From a virus (Duplodnaviria; Caudoviricetes), in IMG/VR virus record IMGVR_UViG_3300022900_000014, positions 1 through 53,744 of that record: a stretch of DNA of 53,744 nucleotides. One strand, given 5' to 3'. Positions 1 through 9,169 of this stretch are shown one piece after another (position 1 is the stretch's first letter; each line of letters opens with the position of its first letter). The translations under genes were made by a program, and so were the position numbers. Under the pieces are notes generated by a model, which had not been told where the DNA came from, made no database searches, and saw nothing but the letters and a program-made list of their open reading frames with translations.

Positions 1-1
1 G

Positions 2-115
2 ACTTCTTTGAATGATCGTCTTCGTGAGCTTGATGGTGAGCTCCGTGAAATGCGTGACGATTTAGAAGAAAAGATTGAGCGGATCTTAGACAACCCACTC
101 AATGATTCCGAATAA
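2..115 (+). CDS. 3' end of a coiled-coil hypothetical protein (partial)
   Basis: Open frame TSLNDRLRELDGELREMRDDLEEKIERILDNPLNDSE* runs from the window edge and converges on the 131-164 hairpin. Confidence 0.65.
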   Translation, partial: TSLNDRLRELDGELREMRDDLEEKIERILDNPLNDSE

Positions 116-130
116 TTATAGCTTTATTGT

Positions 131-164
131 GTAATCTCTAGATAAATTTTTATCTAGAGATTAC
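131..164. terminator. Perfect 16-bp inverted repeat between convergent genes
   Basis: GTAATCTCTAGATAAA-TT-TTTATCTAGAGATTAC. Confidence 0.6.
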
Positions 165-174
165 TATAGTAATA

Positions 175-519
175 TTACTTCTTGCTTTCCATAGCTGATT
201 TACCATAGAATGCAGCAACAATAGCTGCAACTGAAACGAAGTAAGTTGGAGCCATATCTCCAAGCGTTGATGATGCGTTATCTAAACCAATCACCTCTGC
301 TAGTACTACTGAAAAAGGATATAACAACATCCCAAATAAGGCAAACCATGCCATATTACGTTGAGCATCACGCATTGCATCTTCATCCTCTAGTCGCTTA
401 CGCTTAGCATCTAAGTGAAGCTCAAGTTCTTCTTTACTTAGATGCCCATCACCATTCAAATCAGCGTTACTTAATTCTGTGTCATTATCTATTGTTATTG
501 TTTTTTTATCTTCTGACAC
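175..519 (-). CDS. EF-hand-like membrane protein with 2 TM segments
   Basis: DLNGDGHLSKEE loop followed by two hydrophobic segments. Confidence 0.6.
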   Translation of the reverse strand: MSEDKKTITIDNDTELSNADLNGDGHLSKEELELHLDAKRKRLEDEDAMRDAQRNMAWFALFGMLLYPFSVVLAEVIGLDNASSTLGDMAPTYFVSVAAIVAAFYGKSAMESKK

Positions 520-532
520 TTTGGGATTTCTC

Positions 533-1798
533 CTATTCTACGTTTTTCCAAGTAAATGCTCCGAAGAACATTTCGTCTTCGCTCATCTGACCCCACGGTA
601 CTTCTCTTGCTGGGTCCGGATTTTTTGGATTGTCTGCACTATTGTCAAACGCACCTTCTACAAATAATCGAGTTCCTGCAGGAATAAACTTAGGCTCTTT
701 CCACGTATATGAAAGTTGCCAAGCATAGTCATATTTAGGAATGTCAATTAGTTCTTCTTCTGTACCATCAGCATAGATTGCTTTAGCTCGCATACTCTTG
801 CCACGGAAGTGCATGTGTGGCAAGAACGTGTGAAGCATAATGTCATTCTTTAGAGTAATCTCTGCTGTCTGTACAAAGTTAGGATCAAACGGTGGGATAG
901 GAGTCCAGTTGTTAGGGAAGATACAAGCACAGTCGCCTGCCATTCTCTCTTCTGGTACTACGCCTTCATCATGGAAGTATAGTCCGATTCTAGCTCTATC
1001 TGTTCTTTCTGTACCATCAGGAGTGTAGTGCAGTTGTAGATTTACAGTACTACCTGCTTTTAGTAGACCACCAGTATTTTCATCGTAGAAGTCAGGATCG
1101 CCACCAGGAACATATGCGCTGATGGTTGCGTTATCCATATTCTGTTGACCTTCACCTTGAGCACCTAGTAAACTTCCTCTGCCCTCACCTGGAGCTTGTA
1201 TAGTATTGAGCATATGGTGCATTACAGTAGGCTCAGATGGCAAGAACTGTGAACCACGCAACCACTTATCTTCTGTCAAACCAAGATCAACACTCGTATA
1301 TCGATAAGGTATTGCATTAGGACCCATTGTACCGAATGCAGGAATTTCCTGAGGTGGTACTTCGATAATCATATCGGGCTCACCATGTACCCACTCTGAA
1401 GTAGAGTACGTTGTTTCTGTTAAGGGATCTCTATCTCCATCAACAGGTGCACCAGCATCTATCCATGCTACAATAGTATCAACTTCACGATTGCTTAGCG
1501 TTCTGTGATTGATAATTGTACCCGCATACTTACGATCAATCTGGCCAGGAGGCATACGCTTTGACACAATAGCCTCTTTAATAGCAGGTGCAAAGCCTTG
1601 TACCATTTGATAGTTAGTCATAGCCCAAGGCGCTATGCCACCTTCCCTGTGACAGGCCTGACATTGTTCTACAAAGATAGGCGCAACATCTCGTGCATAA
1701 TCGATCTCATCCGCCTTTGCTGTAATAGCTATTGCACAGAGCAATGCTGTCCACACTGCTACTGTACTAAGCCAAAACATTTTCTTGATGCTATTCAT
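533..1798 (-). CDS. Exported cytochrome c - copper type II ascorbate-dependent monooxygenase-like fusion (paralog A)
   Basis: Signal peptide; CQACH plus MPP; Cu ligands HH, LHY, HMH, EDEM. Confidence 0.85.
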   Translation of the reverse strand: MNSIKKMFWLSTVAVWTALLCAIAITAKADEIDYARDVAPIFVEQCQACHREGGIAPWAMTNYQMVQGFAPAIKEAIVSKRMPPGQIDRKYAGTIINHRTLSNREVDTIVAWIDAGAPVDGDRDPLTETTYSTSEWVHGEPDMIIEVPPQEIPAFGTMGPNAIPYRYTSVDLGLTEDKWLRGSQFLPSEPTVMHHMLNTIQAPGEGRGSLLGAQGEGQQNMDNATISAYVPGGDPDFYDENTGGLLKAGSTVNLQLHYTPDGTERTDRARIGLYFHDEGVVPEERMAGDCACIFPNNWTPIPPFDPNFVQTAEITLKNDIMLHTFLPHMHFRGKSMRAKAIYADGTEEELIDIPKYDYAWQLSYTWKEPKFIPAGTRLFVEGAFDNSADNPKNPDPAREVPWGQMSEDEMFFGAFTWKNVE

Positions 1799-3084
1799 TA
1801 ATCATCTCCCATGATACTTCTTTGTGCTTTCAATTGTTCAAATCCTTCATCGTCTAAATGAGTGATAGCAAGCCAAGCGTGAGTCATCTCATCGCCTGTG
1901 CGTGAACCGCCCATTACAAACATATCTGGATCTGGGTTATTTGGATTGTTTGCTGTGTTATCATACCATTGCTTGAGAATGATAACTGCGCCTGCTGGAA
2001 TCAAAGGAGCAGCTTCTGGAGCATACAAATGGCTATGATGCCATGTAGCTGACCATTTAGAGACTTGACTTACTTGTTCTGTTCTACCTGTTTCTGGATA
2101 GAAGATCTCTAAACTTGCTGCGTTCATTCTCAAATGGCCATGTGGCTGGAAGCTGTCCAATCGAACAGGATGATCGAAACTGTGAAAGCCCTGAGTCATT
2201 GCATATCCATTGGGTGGGACTACTAAGTCGTCCTGGTCCCCAAGGCGATACAAACTCAAATCTTGTTTGTATTTCAATCGTGCGCTTTCCTCTTCGGTGT
2301 ATAACCAAAGTCCGATCTCTACTACATTGTCTTTGATTACAGAACCTGGTGCCATTGCGCCAAGACCACCTGGAAACATGTGAATATCCCAAGATACTTC
2401 TGCGTTTGCTGGGATTGTACGACAAACTCCTTCTGGTACAATCTCTCCCCACTTTCCCATAGCGTACTCAGTGAGCATGCCTTCACGCCCTTCAGATGTA
2501 ATGATAGAGGAATTAGCATGGTGTACTACTGCTTTTGCTTCACCGCGTGGCTTTACTTGTACAGCTTTAATGCATCGATCTTCGCTAAGACCCGTTGGTA
2601 CTAAGTGCTTATGCCAAAGATCATTTCCATTTGCAGGAATATCTATAGCGACTGAAGGAATGATTGCATCTGGTGCACCGAAGTCTTCTTCAAAGTTCCA
2701 TGCTTCTGGATCTCTTAACTGAGGTGCTTGTACAATTGTATCTGGATCGCCGTATAATGAACCGCCGTTTACCCAGTCAACGATTGTGTTAATGTCTTCT
2801 TGTGCTAAACGCCAATCACCTTGCAGATCTTGAATACCAATACCATGATCGTAAGCGTAAGGAGGCATTTCTCGTGATGCTACCTTTAATGAAATAAGAG
2901 GAGCCCATGGACGAATTTGTTCATAGGTCTCGAAACTCATTGGTCCGATACCGCCTGCTCTATGACAGACTACACAGTTTTCATTTATAATGTTTGCTAC
3001 TTCGTCAGTATAGGTTTGACCGTTGACTCCACCGGTAACAAATCCTATTGCGAAGAATGTAAGCATTAACAGTATCTTCTTCAT
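1798..3084 (-). CDS. Exported cytochrome c - copper type II monooxygenase-like fusion (paralog B)
   Basis: Signal peptide; CVVCH plus MPP; Cu ligands HH, IHM, HGH, GDEM; AGGAG RBS. Confidence 0.85.
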   Translation of the reverse strand: MKKILLMLTFFAIGFVTGGVNGQTYTDEVANIINENCVVCHRAGGIGPMSFETYEQIRPWAPLISLKVASREMPPYAYDHGIGIQDLQGDWRLAQEDINTIVDWVNGGSLYGDPDTIVQAPQLRDPEAWNFEEDFGAPDAIIPSVAIDIPANGNDLWHKHLVPTGLSEDRCIKAVQVKPRGEAKAVVHHANSSIITSEGREGMLTEYAMGKWGEIVPEGVCRTIPANAEVSWDIHMFPGGLGAMAPGSVIKDNVVEIGLWLYTEEESARLKYKQDLSLYRLGDQDDLVVPPNGYAMTQGFHSFDHPVRLDSFQPHGHLRMNAASLEIFYPETGRTEQVSQVSKWSATWHHSHLYAPEAAPLIPAGAVIILKQWYDNTANNPNNPDPDMFVMGGSRTGDEMTHAWLAITHLDDEGFEQLKAQRSIMGDD

Positions 3085-3097
3085 ATCGTGCTCCTTG

Positions 3098-3415
3098 CTA
3101 TTTTTTTCGTTTTAATGAATTAATTTCTTTCTTCAACTTCTCCATTTCTTGCATTATTTCTGTTGTGCCGCCAGGAGCAACAGGAGGATGCGACCAAGCT
3201 TCTAGATGATCGATTCTTTCAGCTAATATAGGATAATCGGATCTCCATTTAGCTTCTTTCTTTGCAATTTGGATATCGTACTTAACAGCAAGATATTCCA
3301 TAAAGGCATCTAGCTTCTTTTGAAACCATATACCCATTCGGGTAGTAAGAAACCATTTACCAAAGGCAGAACCAAATACGCCAGTAATTGCAGCCCTAAT
3401 TAATAAAACCCACAT
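3098..3415 (-). CDS. Hypothetical protein, hydrophobic N-terminus
   Basis: Stop/start coupled to the lipase gene. Confidence 0.6.
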   Translation of the reverse strand: MWVLLIRAAITGVFGSAFGKWFLTTRMGIWFQKKLDAFMEYLAVKYDIQIAKKEAKWRSDYPILAERIDHLEAWSHPPVAPGGTTEIMQEMEKLKKEINSLKRKK

Positions 3416-4131
3416 TAGTCGTTATCCTCTAGGTGCTTGCAGTATTCGTCCATACCATGATCACGAACTCCATCAAATACAGTACCATTTCTCCAAGCTG
3501 CTCTACGACCACGCCAACCATCTTTGAATCTCTGCCACCAAGTCATCTTACGGACATTACCATAGAAGTTGATATAATGTAATTCACCATGATGCTTGTA
3601 CCAAAGCAAGGCAGGAGGAACAGAAGGAACGATATCGTTATTGTTTACAGTACGATAATGCGGCACTTTTAGTTCTTTGCACTTTGAAGGTGTAGCATTA
3701 CGTGGACAACCGAATGTGTAGAGTGCTTCTGCCGTTGGATAATGGAAACAGAAAATAGAAGCAATCGCTGCTCCGAGACTGTGACCTGTTACATACACTG
3801 GACGAGCTTTTCGACCCATGAGTTTCGCCACTTCGCCATGTACTTTGAGTTCTAACTTTTCGTACTCTTCATAGAAACCTTCGTGAAAGCCTCTTTCATG
3901 AGTTGCTTCCAAGTCAGCAAATACATCACTCTTTTCAGTTGGCTCAGTGCCACGGAATGCTACAGTGATTCGTTCTTTATTACCAAGCACATAAGCTTGT
4001 GCGCCTTCGATATCAAAAAACGTAATGGAAGTAAACCCAAGGGCTTTCCATTCTTTACGTACTTCTTTATCTAAGTCTTTATATGCTAATCTAGCAATAC
4101 ATGCGTGTGCGTGAAACTCATTCGAGATCAT
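3415..4131 (-). CDS. Lipase class 3 (alpha/beta hydrolase)
   Basis: VAFRGT, HEGF, GHSLG nucleophile elbow, YTFGCPR, DIVPSVP, DH. Confidence 0.9.
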   Translation of the reverse strand: MISNEFHAHACIARLAYKDLDKEVRKEWKALGFTSITFFDIEGAQAYVLGNKERITVAFRGTEPTEKSDVFADLEATHERGFHEGFYEEYEKLELKVHGEVAKLMGRKARPVYVTGHSLGAAIASIFCFHYPTAEALYTFGCPRNATPSKCKELKVPHYRTVNNNDIVPSVPPALLWYKHHGELHYINFYGNVRKMTWWQRFKDGWRGRRAAWRNGTVFDGVRDHGMDEYCKHLEDND

Positions 4132-4146
4132 TGTATATCCTCCAAG

Positions 4147-4608
4147 TTATCGATCTAAGCTAGCCAAATTCTCAAGCCTTACCATTAGTCTTTCAGCTCG
4201 ATTAGTTACTTGATCGTACCAACGGCTGTCTCTACCTTCTTTTGCTGCTTCTACCCAATCGCCAGCTTCGATAGCTGAATTGAATTTCTTAAATCCGCTA
4301 AGACGAGGACGACCCATGTTAAACATCATGTTAACCAGGACCTGCTGGATTTCGTCTGGTAAGTCTCTAAATGTCCCTTCTCCGTATAGAGTTCCACACT
4401 CTCCGATTGCAGTATCGAGATCTCGCTCAAAACATGACCTGACTCGCTCTTCAGTAACTGGAGTTCCAACTGGCCTTCCGAATTCCTCGTCACTTTCGAG
4501 GACAAGGTGACCGACTCCAAAGGTGGGTAAGCCGAGATGGTCGAGATAGGTTTCATATACTACACCTTCGTCTATTTTTAATTGTTCGTAAACTGCTTCT
4601 CTATTCAT
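4147..4608 (-). CDS. Endolysin, T4-lysozyme/GH24 family
   Basis: E-x8-D-x5-T triad (EGVVYETYLDHLGLPT), GVGH, NMMFNMG, DSRWYDQVTNRA. Confidence 0.92.
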   Translation of the reverse strand: MNREAVYEQLKIDEGVVYETYLDHLGLPTFGVGHLVLESDEEFGRPVGTPVTEERVRSCFERDLDTAIGECGTLYGEGTFRDLPDEIQQVLVNMMFNMGRPRLSGFKKFNSAIEAGDWVEAAKEGRDSRWYDQVTNRAERLMVRLENLASLDR

Positions 4609-4796
4609 TGATTATGAATCCTTAATCGTGCTTGTCTTTCGTTTTCACTTTCTGGAGGAGTATCACCTTCTATTTCTTCAGCTGTAGTGAATTTCGTATC
4701 TTTTTTACCAAAAATAGCGTCCCAGTTCGCTGAGAATTTAGCTTGATCTACCTTTCGTGCTTTATCGCCTTTACCACCATGCCAAGTACCAGCCAT
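4605..4796 (-). CDS. Hypothetical protein
   Basis: Tightly packed ORF. Confidence 0.6.
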   Translation of the reverse strand: MAGTWHGGKGDKARKVDQAKFSANWDAIFGKKDTKFTTAEEIEGDTPPESENERQARLRIHNQ

Positions 4797-4798
4797 AA

Positions 4799-5062
4799 TT
4801 ACCCCATATATATTTTTTGTAAGTGCGTTTCAAATTCTTCTACTTTGGCTAATCGATTCGGCCAAAGGATATATTCCTTTTCAGGATTCTTTTTTAGATT
4901 CGTTAGTAGCGGAACGATAGAATTATAAAGACTATCTATCTTTGCTTGAAGTTGCTCTACATCAGATGATGTTTGTTGAAGCTGTGTAGAGGCTTGTTGA
5001 ACTGCTTCTAATTCAGTTTCATCAACAGCAGTAAATCCAAAATCAAATATGTCTGTCATCAC
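4799..5062 (-). CDS. Hypothetical coiled-coil protein
   Basis: Tightly packed ORF. Confidence 0.65.
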   Translation of the reverse strand: MMTDIFDFGFTAVDETELEAVQQASTQLQQTSSDVEQLQAKIDSLYNSIVPLLTNLKKNPEKEYILWPNRLAKVEEFETHLQKIYMG

Positions 5063-5724
5063 GTATTCCTCTGTTTGTCAATCCACATTGTAGCTTGTTT
5101 ACTTTGTGGTTCAGCTTTTGACCATGTCATCATTTTCTTATATACGCTTTGAGTAGCTCCGTCAAAATTAGATCCATCAGAATTATCTACTACATAGAAT
5201 TTGCTCTTAAATAAGTTTTGAAACTTACCTATATTCTTTTGAACATCTTTCCACATAGCAGTAACCTGATCATCTGGCAGAGTCCTTTCGCGTTTAGCAT
5301 TACGAGCGAGTGCAGTATCTAAATCGGTATTTACAAATACCATTGCCACTTCGTATCCTAAAGCTCTAAGGTTAACTACTTGTCTTTCGATTTTGCTATA
5401 GTCTTTACCAGTACCATCAATAACTAATCCAAGTCGACCGCTTATAGCTAAGTCTAATTTCTTACCAGTAAGTTCTGATGCGCCTTTGCGAATCTGTTGA
5501 CCTTGTGGAGAGAATATAGTTTCTGGATCTGGAGTAAGACCAGCTTTTTTCAAAGCAGCTTCGAATGCGTTATCAGAATTAATTAGCTTAAATCCTAATG
5601 CAGGTAAAGCAGTTTTTCCAACAATAAAGGACTTACCAGATCCTGGTCCTCCTGCTAGAAAAACAGCTTTAAATATTGCGGGGTCATTAACCCCTTCTTC
5701 TAAGTATTCACTAAAAGATAACAT
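5059..5724 (-). CDS. P-loop kinase (zeta toxin/AAA_33-like)
   Basis: GGPGSGKS Walker A, VIDGT, lid motif RNAKRER; late promoter upstream. Confidence 0.8.
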   Translation of the reverse strand: MLSFSEYLEEGVNDPAIFKAVFLAGGPGSGKSFIVGKTALPALGFKLINSDNAFEAALKKAGLTPDPETIFSPQGQQIRKGASELTGKKLDLAISGRLGLVIDGTGKDYSKIERQVVNLRALGYEVAMVFVNTDLDTALARNAKRERTLPDDQVTAMWKDVQKNIGKFQNLFKSKFYVVDNSDGSNFDGATQSVYKKMMTWSKAEPQSKQATMWIDKQRNT

Positions 5725-5749
5725 TACTTTTCCAAGTGTGCTTTAATAC

Positions 5750-5757
5750 TATTTATA
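5750..5757 (-). promoter_or_regulatory. T4-type late promoter
   Basis: Intergenic TATAAATA. Confidence 0.75.
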
Positions 5758-5765
5758 TACTTTTA

Positions 5766-6335
5766 TTACTTAGAAGCTTTCTTTTTTATTTTACGCGATT
5801 TAGACTCAAGCCTTTTTAATGCTTCATCTGCTGACATCCATATATCTTTGCCATCAAGCATTGATTCTATTTCTTTTTCAGATAAGAAATTTGCATATAT
5901 TGATCGCAACAACTCTTCTGACCAACCACGTTCATGAATGAGTTGGTCAATCATCTCACCGCCTTTACCTACGGTTCCGCCTGAATAGTTATGGAACATA
6001 AAGACAGAATGATTTGATATTTCTACTTGATGCGCTTGCAAGAAAATCATTGTTGCAGCTGACATACATGCACCTTCAACGGAGGCAATAATAGTAGCTT
6101 GTGATTCCTGCAATACTCTAATAAACTGGATTGCCGAATATAAATCCCCACCAAAGCAATTGATATGTAAAACTATCACGTCGTTCTCTGTAGCATTACG
6201 AATGTGGTGAAACCAATCCACATAATCTTCGGCTGGACCAAGTGTACCAGACAAATAGTAGTCGGATATTTTTGCTAGTGGCCTATCTAAGAAACTATCT
6301 TTGTCTTTAAACAAATCGCCCAATACTTCGCTCAT
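5766..6335 (-). CDS. clpP: ClpP-like serine protease
   Basis: INCFGGD, CMSAA (Ser), FMFH (His), DIWMSADEA (Asp). Confidence 0.85.
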   Translation of the reverse strand: MSEVLGDLFKDKDSFLDRPLAKISDYYLSGTLGPAEDYVDWFHHIRNATENDVIVLHINCFGGDLYSAIQFIRVLQESQATIIASVEGACMSAATMIFLQAHQVEISNHSVFMFHNYSGGTVGKGGEMIDQLIHERGWSEELLRSIYANFLSEKEIESMLDGKDIWMSADEALKRLESKSRKIKKKASK

Positions 6336-6344
6336 AAAATATTC

Positions 6345-7019
6345 CTATCGTCCAAACATCTTTCTTCGTTTATATTCTGCAATTGTATCGAGTAACTTTT
6401 CTGTATGGTTATCTCGATGTTCGATAAAGACCTGAGGCTCTTCATTATCAACTGCGATTAATGTAACTAATTGTGTAATAGGAATCCCTGTTCGTTCTTC
6501 CCACATAATAGCATACGCCGATTCTTGTATAAAATAGTTTTCAATCCATTCCTTCTTTTTTAATTTCTTAGAAGTTTTGAAATCTATAACAGACAGACGG
6601 CCATTCCACTCAGCAATACAATCGACTCTACCAGCCAACTGTAAGTGATTAGAGTATAGTGCAACTTCTTGAGCATAGACTTTTCCTATATTATTATCTA
6701 AAACGGATTTAACAGACTGGAAGTTATCGACTATATTCGGCATGAACTCTTCAGCATAATTCTCTTCATTATCGATATACTTTTCAATAATAGAGTGAAC
6801 TGCAGTTCCACGAGTTGATGCGCGATAAGAAATTTTATTGGCTTCATCTTCGCCGACTCGATTTCTCCAAGCACGTATATGATCTTCAGAAAGGATAGAC
6901 AGAACAGTAGTAACCGAAGGATAACTGTTTCCTTCAGGAGTTTCGTACGTTCGTTCAGTCTCTCCAGTCTTTGTTTCTAAGTCTTTATAATCTAACTTCC
7001 AATCGGAGTGTTCAAACAT
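6345..7019 (-). CDS. PD-(D/E)XK exonuclease
   Basis: YPSVTTVL, RGTAVH, AGRVDC, IDFKTS, QESAY. Confidence 0.85.
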   Translation of the reverse strand: MFEHSDWKLDYKDLETKTGETERTYETPEGNSYPSVTTVLSILSEDHIRAWRNRVGEDEANKISYRASTRGTAVHSIIEKYIDNEENYAEEFMPNIVDNFQSVKSVLDNNIGKVYAQEVALYSNHLQLAGRVDCIAEWNGRLSVIDFKTSKKLKKKEWIENYFIQESAYAIMWEERTGIPITQLVTLIAVDNEEPQVFIEHRDNHTEKLLDTIAEYKRRKMFGR

Positions 7020-7152
7020 CAAAGTCTCTCATTATTTTATTTTTATCAAACTTATTTTCATATGGATCAACGTATGTTTTCTTTTTGTTTGATTTCTTGT
7101 TGTGCTTTTCATCCTTTTTATTTCTTGGATCAAAGCGCTTAAATTTAGCCAT
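7012..7152 (-). CDS. Small basic hypothetical protein (46 aa, not in ORF track)
   Basis: MAKFKRFDPRNKK...; fills the gap and overlaps both neighbours. Confidence 0.6.
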   Translation of the reverse strand: MAKFKRFDPRNKKDEKHNKKSNKKKTYVDPYENKFDKNKIMRDFDV

Positions 7153-7837
7153 TACGATCAATCATCTCCTTAGTCATAATGTATTCTCTTACAAACCCAG
7201 ATCGAACAATATCTTCCCACGAGAATTCTATATGATCAAAATGAGTCATCTGGTTAATAATGTCTAGAAACGTTAAGATGCCGTTTCTATCTTTTTCTCT
7301 ATCAAAATCTGACTGATAATAGTCACCGCACATAATAAGTTTAGTACATTGTCCTAGTCGTGTAACCACTGAATCTAATTCATGGAAGTTTAGATTCTGC
7401 ATTTCATCGATAATAACAATTGCATTTGATAGTGTAATACCACGTATGAACGATGTGGAAATAAACTCGAGTGCAGATTGATTTACTAATTTTGTCCATG
7501 CATCATTCTGATTAAAAAACTCTGTTAGTATGCTTCGATATGGTCCAGTATAAGCATCAAGCTTTTCTTGTTCATTTCCTGGTAGATATCCGATATCGCG
7601 TGTAGGTACTACTGATCTAACGATAACGACCTTTTCATACGGTGTACTTTTATCTAGCACATCCTCTAACGCCAAATACAAGGCTAAGAAGGTTTTACCA
7701 GATCCGGCTGAACCTGACAAACATAAATTATTTCCTTGTCCATATGATTCGAATACTTTCTTCTGATTGTTTGTTATTGGTTCAAGTTCAGGTAAATCTT
7801 CTAATCTAATTTTTAGAGACTGCTTACTATTTGACAT
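7145..7837 (-). CDS. phoH: PhoH family ATPase
   Basis: GSAGSGKT, IGYLPG, RGITL, DEMQN, GDYYQSD; start set at MSNSKQ (track gives 7948). Confidence 0.93.
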   Translation of the reverse strand: MSNSKQSLKIRLEDLPELEPITNNQKKVFESYGQGNNLCLSGSAGSGKTFLALYLALEDVLDKSTPYEKVVIVRSVVPTRDIGYLPGNEQEKLDAYTGPYRSILTEFFNQNDAWTKLVNQSALEFISTSFIRGITLSNAIVIIDEMQNLNFHELDSVVTRLGQCTKLIMCGDYYQSDFDREKDRNGILTFLDIINQMTHFDHIEFSWEDIVRSGFVREYIMTKEMIDRNG

Positions 7838-8081
7838 TGATTGTGTTATTCCTTCCGGATCCAGATTTAATTTTCTGTTGAACCTCTTTCCATCCACCAT
7901 CAGTTTTAGAAAGTATTCCGCCGACTTGATATGATATGAGAGGCGCACCTATTTTTTGTGTTACAGATAATTTACCGCATTCTTCACATGGAACAGATTC
8001 TGGATCATTCCTTTCGGCGATCCTTTTTATTGCGGTAAACCCATGTCCGCATTCCTTACAATGATAATCATATGTTGGCAT
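7827..8081 (-). CDS. FmdB-family zinc ribbon protein
   Basis: MPTYDYHCKECGH...CEECG. Confidence 0.85.
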   Translation of the reverse strand: MPTYDYHCKECGHGFTAIKRIAERNDPESVPCEECGKLSVTQKIGAPLISYQVGGILSKTDGGWKEVQQKIKSGSGRNNTINVK

Positions 8082-8637
8082 TTTTATTTATCCTAAACCA
8101 TTCTGGAACTTCGCGTTTTGTCCAACGCATCTTAAACCTTTCCTGTTTAGTCTCATAAAATAATCGATAAGACTTTACTGGATCTTCTGGAAACATGCAT
8201 TCTGGATTCGACTTCATTGCTAACCTAAATGGAGTCATCGGTCCTTTTGGTATATTATCTGGTGCACTTCGAAGTGCCCATAGTACAGTTTCACTTTTAT
8301 GTAGCTTATTATATCTATGCCTGTATTCTAAGCATAATGCATACATATGTTCCCAATGCCATCGATAGTTCTCTTCTGATTCCATAGTCCAAAGAGTGCA
8401 TGGGTGATTGTAGTGTACGGCTTTGTAATATACGAGGTCGGCTTCGACATCATCAAGCACATAATGCTTAACCATGGTTTTGCCGGATTTTGAGGGTAGA
8501 CGTTCTAGAGTTCCGTCAAGAACTCGATGAGCAGTGGAGAGCATTTGACCACTCTCCACTATCATTTTTACGACGTGCTTATCGCACTGCAACTGGGCAG
8601 CTTTAGTAGGATCTTTATCTAATACAAAAATATTCAT
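8068..8637 (-). CDS. Pyrimidine-dimer DNA glycosylase-like protein
   Basis: MNIF...DKHVVKMIVESGQMLSTAH, HYNHPC. Confidence 0.7.
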   Translation of the reverse strand: MNIFVLDKDPTKAAQLQCDKHVVKMIVESGQMLSTAHRVLDGTLERLPSKSGKTMVKHYVLDDVEADLVYYKAVHYNHPCTLWTMESEENYRWHWEHMYALCLEYRHRYNKLHKSETVLWALRSAPDNIPKGPMTPFRLAMKSNPECMFPEDPVKSYRLFYETKQERFKMRWTKREVPEWFRINKNANI

Positions 8638-8644
8638 AATATAC

Positions 8645-8673
8645 ATTATACCACATTTTACGCCAAATGTAAA
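8645..8673 (-). promoter_or_regulatory. Sigma70-like promoter
   Basis: TTTACA-N17-TATAAT. Confidence 0.7.
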
Positions 8674-8694
8674 ATGGTTTTATCTTCTATTGAA

Positions 8695-8802
8695 TTAAAT
8701 TAATCCAGCAGAAGCAAAAGGTAAGGCAACTATTAAGATCATAGCAACTATAGGAAATAATACTCCCTTAACAGTTTCTAGAGCCAGTTCTCTCTTCTTC
8801 AT
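8695..8802 (-). CDS. 35-aa single-TM peptide (not in ORF track)
   Basis: AAGGAG RBS; MKKRELALETVKGVLFPIVAMILIVALPFASAGLI. Confidence 0.65.
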   Translation of the reverse strand: MKKRELALETVKGVLFPIVAMILIVALPFASAGLI

Positions 8803-8860
8803 TTAAATTTCTCCTTTATCCCTTGTGAGGATGTTAACGTGTGTTTGCTTGGTGTAGCAG

Positions 8861-8894
8861 TGGGCCCATTTGGTTATAAGGCGGTACCCATACC
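8861..8894 (-). repeat. Second copy of the 34-bp tmRNA 3' motif
   Basis: 33/34 identical to 9170-9203. Confidence 0.9.
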
Positions 8895-8905
8895 TTTATA
8901 GCTAC

Positions 8906-9136
8906 TTAATATTTGCCACCGGCATTACTTACAAAAGCATTCATTTCTTTGCAAAGCTCTTGAATATCCTGCATATTAGGATATGCTGGTAGATCCGGAT
9001 ACTCAACAGGGGTTCCTGCATCTTTCAATGCATGGTACCTGTCTATGACTTCATCCTTCTTTACATGATACTCGTCTACAAGTAAATTTTTTGCTTCCAT
9101 AAGCATATTAAATCTTAGTTCATACGGATTTGACAT
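8906..9136 (-). CDS. Hypothetical protein
   Basis: AAGGAG RBS before MSNPYELR. Confidence 0.7.
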   Translation of the reverse strand: MSNPYELRFNMLMEAKNLLVDEYHVKKDEVIDRYHALKDAGTPVEYPDLPAYPNMQDIQELCKEMNAFVSNAGGKY

Positions 9137-9169
9137 ATTTGTCTCCTTGTGTGTTGTGTGTGTTAAGCT

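Noticed and set aside
5059-5724. Zeta toxin-antitoxin system, or the DNA kinase for the modification cluster
   Set aside because: No antitoxin is evident; the gene is 28 kb from the cluster and shows only generic P-loop motifs
6345-7019. Cas4/CRISPR association
   Set aside because: No Fe-S cysteine set, array or other cas genes; an ordinary phage exonuclease
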